NCBI GenBank assembly: GCA_900539345.1
Contig: UQBS01000001.1
Coordinates: forward strand, 6,938-70,937
Direction of reading: 5' to 3'
Source: an uncultured Coriobacteriaceae bacterium
GTDB lineage: Bacteria; Actinomycetota; Coriobacteriia; Coriobacteriales; UMGS124
DNA: 64,000 nucleotides
Of this stretch, positions 35,112-41,429 are shown in pieces; positions within the stretch are counted from its first letter, which is position 1, and the number at the start of each line of letters is the position of its first letter. The notes beneath the pieces are model-generated. The model had not been told where the DNA came from. It did not search any database and saw only the letters and a list, made by a program, of their open reading frames with translations. The position numbers and the translations under genes were made by a program.

Positions 35112-35421
35112 CGCCGTCCTTCGCCCCCTTCGACATCTCCCATAGGCGGCCGGCGCTCTCCATCTCGAGGCGCTCCTCGCGCCTGGCCTGGTCCCTGACC
35201 CTCTCTGCGCGCTCGCCGAGCCGCGCCGACACGGTCAAAAGCGACTGGTGGCACCAGCGGAGCACGGAGCCGAACTGGTCCACCTCCAAGTAGTGCATCC
35301 TGTCCGCCGCGCTTTGGATGCACCCGGCCGCGTCCCTCAGGTACCCGGCGGCCTCCTCAAGCTCCTCGGCGCCCATCGGCGCCGACATGCGCCTGTAGCA
35401 CGGCGCTCCCTCGTCACTCAT
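35080..35421 (-). CDS. hypothetical protein
   Basis: 113 aa, helical and charged. In frame with track ORF 35080-35745. Confidence 0.45.
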   Translation of the reverse strand: MSDEGAPCYRRMSAPMGAEELEEAAGYLRDAAGCIQSAADRMHYLEVDQFGSVLRWCHQSLLTVSARLGERAERVRDQARREERLEMESAGRLWEMSKGAKDGDEVEVERRAR

Positions 35422-35914
35422 CGCCGTCCTCCATCCCATCCGACATCCACCGCATGAGCCGGGCGGCCATGAGGAGCTTGTCGGCGAGCATCGCCAGGTC
35501 CTCGGCGTACCTGACCGCCTGCAGGCCGCGCAGGTCGTTGACCGCGCGCACGACGTCGACGGCGGCGCCTTCCAGCGTGCGGCACGGGCCCTCGACATCG
35601 CCCGCACCCATGGGCCTGAGGTCCCGATGGCCGACGACGCGCAGGCAGACCATGGTGCCGTCGACGACCTGCGCGGGCCCCTTGCGCATGAGCCTCCGTG
35701 CGTCCTCGACGATGTACTCGCCCCTGAGGTCGAGCACGACGGCAAGCTGCTCGAGCACCTTGGGGTCCACGAGGCGGCCGTCCGACATCGCAGCGATCTC
35801 GCGCAGGCGGCCTGCGACGAAGCCGAGCTCCTCGACGCGGCCGCGCTTGCCCGTCGTGAGCGGGCTGGCCATACCTCCCAGCTCGCTGAGCGGGCTTCCA
35901 GGTTCGCTAATCAT
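35414..35914 (-). CDS. hypothetical protein
   Basis: 166 aa. Its ATG overlaps the upstream TGA (ATGA). Confidence 0.5.
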   Translation of the reverse strand: MISEPGSPLSELGGMASPLTTGKRGRVEELGFVAGRLREIAAMSDGRLVDPKVLEQLAVVLDLRGEYIVEDARRLMRKGPAQVVDGTMVCLRVVGHRDLRPMGAGDVEGPCRTLEGAAVDVVRAVNDLRGLQAVRYAEDLAMLADKLLMAARLMRWMSDGMEDGDE

Positions 35915-36228
35915 CCCGACCGCCCCCATCCTTGTGCATGCACTGCCAGAACAGCGCGGCCCTGCCTTCGCCATACCTTCACCTCGTCCTCGGTGTCGCC
36001 GCCGTGGGCGCACCGGTAGCGGATGGCCTTGGCGACCTGCTCGCTGGCGTGGTCGGGGTCGTCCCCGCAGACCTGCGGGAAGCCGGTTACCTCCATGCAG
36101 TCGCCGACCCCCGCGCCGGACAGGAACTCGTCCACCGCCTCGGTGGCGAACCTCTCCAGCTCGAGTGACGCGCCCCTGCGCCCCGGCAGCTCCCATCGCT
36201 CGATTTTGGTCGGCACCCGTCCTCCCAT
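35911..36228 (-). CDS. hypothetical protein, first gene of the minus-strand early operon
   Basis: 105 aa. GGGAGGAC RBS. Divergent from the 36328 regulator. Confidence 0.55.
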   Translation of the reverse strand: MGGRVPTKIERWELPGRRGASLELERFATEAVDEFLSGAGVGDCMEVTGFPQVCGDDPDHASEQVAKAIRYRCAHGGDTEDEVKVWRRQGRAVLAVHAQGWGRSG

Positions 36229-36327
36229 CTCTTATAACGCGCAATTCTTTCGCGTGCAGTTAGCGCGTAACCACGCCTGCATACTAACGTACGATTTGCG
36301 CGTAGTCAACGATTGGATTGGACTGGG
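36229..36327. promoter_or_regulatory. divergent early/lysogeny control region with three ACGCGC-core operator-like sites
   Basis: AACGCGCAA at 36236-36244, TAGCGCGTAA at 36261-36270, TTGCGCGT at 36296-36303 (reverse complement of ACGCGCAA). Confidence 0.45.
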
Positions 36328-36549
36328 ATGGACTTCGGCAAGAGGCTTCGCGCCGTTCGCATGAACCGCGGGCTCACCCAACAGCAGACCGCCGACACTG
36401 CCGGCGTCTCGCTGCGCGTCTACCAGAACTACGAGCAGGGGACGCGCAGGCCGACTTTCGAGTGCCTTGCCCTGCTGTGCAGGCTCTTCAACGTCAGCTC
36501 TGATTATCTCCTTGGGCTTTCTGACGAAGAACGCGCTGGTGGACGCTGA
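36328..36549 (+). CDS. XRE-family HTH regulator (73 aa)
   Basis: LRAVRMNRGLTQQQTADTAGVSLRVYQNYEQG HTH. Confidence 0.75.
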   Translation: MDFGKRLRAVRMNRGLTQQQTADTAGVSLRVYQNYEQGTRRPTFECLALLCRLFNVSSDYLLGLSDEERAGGR

Positions 36550-36703
36550 ACATGTCCTCCAGTGAGTCCCAGATTTCGAAGTCGCCGGTGCGCTCGCCGG
36601 CCTCGATGTTCTGGTAGTACCGCAGGCTTATCCCCAGCCTGTCCGCCACCGCCTGCTGGGTCATGCCGGCCTTCGCGCGGGCCGTCTTCAGGTTGTCGCG
36701 CAT
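36494..36703 (-). CDS. XRE-family HTH regulator (69 aa)
   Basis: LKTARAKAGMTQQAVADRLGISLRYYQNIEAG HTH. Its 3' end overlaps the convergent 36328 gene by 56 nt. Confidence 0.7.
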   Translation of the reverse strand: MRDNLKTARAKAGMTQQAVADRLGISLRYYQNIEAGERTGDFEIWDSLEDMFSVHQRVLRQKAQGDNQS

Positions 36704-36735
36704 AGCGTCACCCCCTCTCGATTGGAGTTGCTGAC

Positions 36736-37224
36736 ATGACATCGCCAGACGCCGACAAGGTCGCCCGCAGCATCGACCGGCTTGCCGACAAGGTCGCGAG
36801 CCTCGACCGCAGCCAGAGGACGCAGGTCAGAAGGCCAGGCGTCCCCGACATATCGCGAACGCTCACCGACGAGGAGGCCGACGAGCTTCGCCTGCTCATC
36901 GACGCTGGCGGCTCCATCGGCGAGCGCTGCGACTCGCGCTCCACGCTGCCCGACGGCTCACCAGACGAGACGCTCAGGGGCATGTGGCTAGAGCTTGCCG
37001 ACATGGGCCTGCTCGTCGCACTCGAGATGGCCGACGGCTCCGTCCGCGTCTGGTCGGTGACCACGCGCGGGCACTGGGCCGCCAAAAAGCTCGAGTCGGA
37101 GCGCAAGCGCGCCGCGGACGAGCAGAAGAGGCGAGACCGCCACGACTTCCGCGTGGAACTGGTCGGCGCGACCTCTGGCCTTCTTGGTGTCGTTCTCGGC
37201 TACGTGCTTGCCAGGTTCTTCTAG
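36736..37224 (+). CDS. hypothetical tail-anchored membrane protein (162 aa)
   Basis: TGGAG RBS. C-terminal GATSGLLGVVLGYVLARFF helix. Confidence 0.55.
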   Translation: MTSPDADKVARSIDRLADKVASLDRSQRTQVRRPGVPDISRTLTDEEADELRLLIDAGGSIGERCDSRSTLPDGSPDETLRGMWLELADMGLLVALEMADGSVRVWSVTTRGHWAAKKLESERKRAADEQKRRDRHDFRVELVGATSGLLGVVLGYVLARFF

Positions 37225-37322
37225 CCGAGCAGCTTCGCGATGATGACGCCGAGCGTGAATCCGGCCAGCGAAAACAGCGCGCCGAGATAGGCGAGCTTGT
37301 GCGTGTGGTCAGGCTCCTTCAT
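37221..37322 (-). CDS. 33-aa hydrophobic peptide (MKEPDHTHKLAYLGALFSLAGFTLGVIIAKLLG)
   Basis: Strong GGAGAGGAGGTGG SD 4 nt before the ATG. Single TM helix. Its stop overlaps the convergent gene stop in a CTAG palindrome. Confidence 0.5.
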   Translation of the reverse strand: MKEPDHTHKLAYLGALFSLAGFTLGVIIAKLLG

Positions 37323-37340
37323 GGTGCCACCTCCTCTCCG

Positions 37341-37394
37341 GCAGGACTCGAACCTGCGCCCCGTCGCGGGGCGTCTCCCCTTTCCGGCCAGGGG
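37341..37394 (-). other. tRNA-like fragment / structured leader: three adjacent hairpins including an exact T-arm consensus
   Basis: Minus strand: CCCCT-loop-AGGGG, CGCCCCG-CGA-CGGGGCG, GCAGG-TTCGAGT-CCTGC. No acceptor stem, D arm or 7-nt anticodon loop could be built. Confidence 0.5.
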
Positions 37395-37503
37395 TGTCGG
37401 CCATGTCACCGCGCCACCTCGCGACGCGGGATTTCAAGGTGCGGTAGTGCACGTCACTCGCGGGGAAGCCCCAGTTCCCTCGTGTGCATGGCTGGCCGCC
37501 TCC

Positions 37504-37854
37504 TTAGACTGCCGGGGCGAGAAGGGGGGCGACAGCGTGCTGGGCGGCACCGGCGAAGCGGTCGACCTCGGCGTAGGGGGATGCGGCGGCAGACTGGGCG
37601 GTGCCGGAGGCCGTGCGCGGATCGCGTCGGGACGGAGCGTCCAGGGAGATGCCGCACAGGTCGTTCGGCGTGCAGCCGAGGGCCTGCGCCAGGCGGAACG
37701 CGGTCTTGAACTGCGGCAGCATCGCGCCGCTCATGTACTTGCGAACGGCGTCGACGGAGCAGCCCGTCTCACGCGCCAGGCGCTCGGCTCCCATGCCAGA
37801 GAGGTCCATGTAGGCCTTCAGGCGACTCGGGAAAATCTCTTCCAAATCCGACAT
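37504..37854 (-). CDS. XRE-family HTH regulator (116 aa, CI-like candidate)
   Basis: GMGAERLARETGCSVDAVRKYMSG HTH. Divergent from 38004 across an AT-rich gap. Confidence 0.7.
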   Translation of the reverse strand: MSDLEEIFPSRLKAYMDLSGMGAERLARETGCSVDAVRKYMSGAMLPQFKTAFRLAQALGCTPNDLCGISLDAPSRRDPRTASGTAQSAAASPYAEVDRFAGAAQHAVAPLLAPAV

Positions 37855-38003
37855 TGGTACTTCCTCCTAATAATAAGTCCGTAAACCGTACTTCTGACTC
37901 TGCAGAATAGATACGCTTTACGAACTTGTCAATACTTTTCTGCCAATTAAGTTGATTCATATACACGTTTTTGGTAGATTTCTCGCCATAGGAGGTGAAG
38001 CCT
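37855..38003. promoter_or_regulatory. AT-rich divergent intergenic region between two HTH regulators
   Basis: Visibly AT-rich 149 bp between opposed start codons. Confidence 0.5.
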
Positions 38004-38402
38004 ATGGACAAGGAGTACACCTTGCGCCTGAGAGAGATTCGAAAAGCGAAACAACTCACTCAAGACGACTTGGCTTCAAAGATTGGAACGACCAAACGAA
38101 TTGTTGGCAGTTGGGAGAGGGAGGAAGCGGCCATGTCCCTCTCCGACGCCGTGGACTGCGCGAAGGCGCTGGGCTGCACGCCGAACGACCTGTGCGGGTG
38201 GGACGAGGGCGGGGACGCCCCCGCGCCCGAGGTCGCGTGCCGCCCCGACGACCCCCTCAAGCGGCAAGTCGTGGACGCCTACGACTCCATGACGCAGGCG
38301 GGCCGGGAGTCCCTCGCCGGCGTGGCCAAGGGCCTGAGCGCCCTCCCCGAGAACCGCCCGGGGGACGCACGTGATCGCGTTTCGGCCAAGGACGTCGCGT
38401 AG
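38004..38402 (+). CDS. XRE-family HTH regulator with C-terminal extension (132 aa)
   Basis: AGGAGGTG RBS. LTQDDLASKIGTTKRIVGSWERE HTH. The tail VVDAYDSMTQAGRESLAGVAKGL parallels the 7870 protein. Confidence 0.75.
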   Translation: MDKEYTLRLREIRKAKQLTQDDLASKIGTTKRIVGSWEREEAAMSLSDAVDCAKALGCTPNDLCGWDEGGDAPAPEVACRPDDPLKRQVVDAYDSMTQAGRESLAGVAKGLSALPENRPGDARDRVSAKDVA

Positions 38403-38499
38403 CCGCTGACGTGCGGACGGAAAATCGGCGGGCGGGGCTTCCGTGACGGTTTGGTGCGTTGCATACAATTTATCGTTACGCTAAATTGTAAGGAGCAAA

Positions 38500-38844
38500 A
38501 TGGGATTGAATCATGAGAGGAGCCATCCGACACACTCGCTCGACGAGGCGCGACGCCTAGCTCATGAAGGCAAGCTGACCGTCAACAGGCGGGCGCGGGA
38601 CTTCATACGGAACCGCCACGGGCGCAACGACAGCGCCTGCTTCGTCGCCGGCCTGCTCGACGCCATCGACCCGCAGGACTTTTACAAGTCGGTCGAGCTC
38701 GATGTCATGCCGGGTTGCTGGGGCGACGTGTACCGTGGCGTCGAGTACGAGGGCGAGGAATGGTACGTGAAGTTCACCGTCAGGGAGGACGGCACGGCAT
38801 CGCTGTGCGTCCTGTCGGCGAACTGGGAAGGCTACCTACATTAG
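38500..38844 (+). CDS. mqsR: MqsR-family type II toxin
   Basis: Aligns by eye along E. coli MqsR: HPTHSL..., DFYKS, WGDVYRG, WYVKFTV. Confidence 0.8.
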   Translation: MGLNHERSHPTHSLDEARRLAHEGKLTVNRRARDFIRNRHGRNDSACFVAGLLDAIDPQDFYKSVELDVMPGCWGDVYRGVEYEGEEWYVKFTVREDGTASLCVLSANWEGYLH

Positions 38845-38853
38845 GAGGACACG

Positions 38854-39363
38854 ATGAGGTGCTTGGAATGCGGCGCCGAGATGAGGCACACCGCCGAGGC
38901 CATGACGGAGGCGTACCGGGGCGAGGAGTTCACGGTCGATGGAATCGACCGGTGGGTCTGCGACGCCTGCGGCAACGACGAGATGCAGGTCTCCGAGGCC
39001 GAAAGGCTCTCCCGCGCCCTGGCGCGCGAGTACGCCCGTGCCCACGGCCTTCTCGCGCCGGACGAGGTGAAGGAGCTGCGCAAGTCGCTCGGCCTCACCC
39101 AAAGGGAGTTCGAGAGGCTGCTGGGCGTGTCCTCGCCGACCGCCAGCCGCTGGGAGACCGGGGCCATGCAGCAGTCCATGACCGCGAACAGGCTGATGGC
39201 GCTGCTCAGGGACTGCCCCGAGGCAGCCGAGCAGCTCATGGAGATGGCCGAGATTCACAAGGCCCCCGTCGCGGTACCCCTGGGGGTCACGGCCGCAGTC
39301 GGCTCCTCGGCGTTCGGCGGCGTATCGGGCTCGAAGTTTTCAGTTGTGGTCGGAAGGGCGTGA
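38854..39363 (+). CDS. mqsA: MqsA-family antitoxin (zinc ribbon + XRE HTH) with extended C-terminal tail
   Basis: CLECG...CDACG zinc ribbon and LRKSLGLTQREFERLLGVSSPTASRWETG HTH, plus about 45 extra hydrophobic/Gly-Ser residues. Confidence 0.8.
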   Translation: MRCLECGAEMRHTAEAMTEAYRGEEFTVDGIDRWVCDACGNDEMQVSEAERLSRALAREYARAHGLLAPDEVKELRKSLGLTQREFERLLGVSSPTASRWETGAMQQSMTANRLMALLRDCPEAAEQLMEMAEIHKAPVAVPLGVTAAVGSSAFGGVSGSKFSVVVGRA

Positions 39364-39818
39364 TGGTCGTGCCAGGCTATATCTCGAATGCGCGAGTGGA
39401 GTCCGTGAGGCTCGCGGAATGCTCCGTGTGGACGAACCCCGACGGTCCCGGCGTGTCGATGTCGGCCGAGGCGAACGTCGAGATGGGGCAGCTCTCCCAG
39501 CTTCCCGCCGACTCCGACGGCTGGCTGACCTACGCGGCGTCGGTCGGGATAACGGTGCAGCTCGTCGACGAGGAAGGCTCGATGCCGAGGGCGAGGGCGG
39601 CCGTGAAGCTCGTCGGCGTCGTGTCCGTGCCCGCAGGCGAAGCCGACCCCGCGCACGCAGCCAAGGTGGCCGCCGCCGCGTCGATGTACCCGCAGGCGCA
39701 GGCCTACGTGTCGATGCTCTCCTCAATTGCCCAGGTCGGCACGATGCCGACGCCCGTCATAGACCCAGAGGGGCTCGTCTCCGCCGTCGACGCGCTCGTT
39801 GCCGCCAACGGGCAGTAG
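39363..39818 (+). CDS. SecB-like chaperone candidate (third component of a TAC module)
   Basis: 151 aa. ATG overlaps the mqsA stop (TGATG). AAVKLVGVVSV and ASMYPQAQAYVSMLSSIAQVGTMPTPVIDP parallel the SecB / Rv1957 core segments. Confidence 0.55.
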   Translation: MVVPGYISNARVESVRLAECSVWTNPDGPGVSMSAEANVEMGQLSQLPADSDGWLTYAASVGITVQLVDEEGSMPRARAAVKLVGVVSVPAGEADPAHAAKVAAAASMYPQAQAYVSMLSSIAQVGTMPTPVIDPEGLVSAVDALVAANGQ

Positions 39819-40047
39819 GCGTGCCTCCTTCGCGGGGCTGGCTTGACGGCGCGGCGAGTGCGGTATAGTTTTTGGCAGTGACACGGCAGGGGGTCTCCAT
39901 GGAGCCCTGCCCAGGGCGGCTGCCTCCGGGTGGTCGCCCTTTTTCGTTTGGAGCCAGTAACGCAGCACTGAAAGGCCTGCTGGGAATCATTTTACCGACC
40001 TCGGCAAAATGACCGTCGCGCCCTACAATCGCGCCGAGGAGGCGCGC

Positions 40048-41034
40048 ATGCTGAGAGTGAGAAGGAAGATGGAAAGAGAGAGGGTTGTCTATAGGATTTG
40101 CGGCGTCGACCCTGAGACCGGGGTCGGCGCCCAGGAGCTGGCGAAGGTTCTGTCCAGCTTCAGCGGCCTCGTGCGCGAGACCGTCACGGTGCTCGGGTGC
40201 CAGGACGAGGTGTCCATCAAGGTGCGGCCCTTCCGCGAGGGGTCGTTCATAGTCGAGTTCGCGACCGAGGTCGCCAGCGGCCTGCTCGGGTTCCTCTCGT
40301 CCAGCGAAGGAGGGGCACTGAGCACCGGCCTCGCGATTCTCGGCTTCCTCGGCGGAGGGTCGTTCACGCTGCCTGCCATCGTCCGAAAGGTGAGGGGCCG
40401 CGTCGACCGTTTCACCGACAACGGCGACGGTACATACACCTATGGGTCGGGCGACGACGCCGTCACGGTCGGCGAGGACACGCACAGAGTCGTGCAGTCC
40501 CAGAAGGTCGCCGAGCAGTACACCACGGCCGCCATGGGGCCGATTGTCGGCAGCATCAACGCCCAGAGCGTCCAGATATACGTCGGCGACCCGCACACCC
40601 CTCCGGCGGCGGGGCACCAGGCGACGTTCACGCCTGAGGACGGGGAGCCCTTGGCGACCTACCGCAAGGTGGCGACGGGCAACTCCGACATGCTTGACGA
40701 GGTCACCTCGGAGAAGACGAGCTTCGAGATGCACGGCGTGATCCTTCACCCGGCGTCGGGCTCCTACGACGGCGCGGAGCGCGGCTACACCTTCACCACG
40801 GGCGACGGCGCGGATGCGACAACGTACAGGAAGGTCGCGATAGCGGACGAGGAGTTCCGTGAGAGGCTCGAGCGCGCGGAGGTGAGGCTCTTCGCAAAGG
40901 ACACGCTCAAGGTCGACATGACGGCCGTGCAGAGGGTGTCCAAGACCCGCGCGGTGACGTGGGCCTACACGATCGACAAGGTGCACTCGTACGAGCCGTA
41001 CAGACCGTGCCAGCAGGAGGGCCTCGGCATATAG
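40048..41034 (+). CDS. hypothetical 328-aa protein of unknown function (lysogeny-arm cargo)
   Basis: GAGGAGG RBS before ATG 40048 (the track ORF begins at 40009). Gly-rich hydrophobic segment and an internal TYRKVA duplication. Confidence 0.6.
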   Translation: MLRVRRKMERERVVYRICGVDPETGVGAQELAKVLSSFSGLVRETVTVLGCQDEVSIKVRPFREGSFIVEFATEVASGLLGFLSSSEGGALSTGLAILGFLGGGSFTLPAIVRKVRGRVDRFTDNGDGTYTYGSGDDAVTVGEDTHRVVQSQKVAEQYTTAAMGPIVGSINAQSVQIYVGDPHTPPAAGHQATFTPEDGEPLATYRKVATGNSDMLDEVTSEKTSFEMHGVILHPASGSYDGAERGYTFTTGDGADATTYRKVAIADEEFRERLERAEVRLFAKDTLKVDMTAVQRVSKTRAVTWAYTIDKVHSYEPYRPCQQEGLGI

Positions 41035-41114
41035 GCCGCCGTCGAGAGCTCTGGTAGCCCACCATTTTCGTGAGGTCGCGAAAATGGGCCTCGACCCGCC
41101 CGCAAGCGCAAAAA

Positions 41115-41142
41115 AGCGGGGCCGCCCGAAGGCGACCCCGCT
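41115..41142 (+). terminator. hairpin AGCGGGGCCGCC CGAA GGCGACCCCGCT downstream of 40048-41034
   Basis: Read directly. Flanked by an A-run upstream and TGTATTTTG downstream. Confidence 0.45.
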
Positions 41143-41429
41143 GCGAGGGCTGTATTTTGCCAGACGTAACCCCCCAGGTTCGGCACACCCAATGGTTAGG
41201 GGTACGTACTGCCGGGGGGTACAAGGCGATGACAGGAGGAGGTCGACGCGGGGCGTCTTTTTCTTCTGTCGCGATTCATTCTACCCCCTAAGGGGTGTTT
41301 GGCGAATGTTTTTTGTTCACATGTCGAATGTCGGGCTGATGAAGCCGGACCAGACGTGGTGATTTGCCGCGTCATTGTAGCGTAGCGGTTTATTACTGAT
41401 TTTCGAATTGAGTATTTAGGAGGGCACCC

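Noticed and set aside
37341-37394. A possible phage-encoded type II tRNA (Ser/Leu/Sec-like) on the minus strand.
   Set aside because: Only the T arm and a variable-arm-like hairpin fit. There is no complementary acceptor 5' strand, no D arm, the putative anticodon loop is 8 nt without U33, and no TCA anticodon for Sec. Kept as a tRNA-like fragment only.
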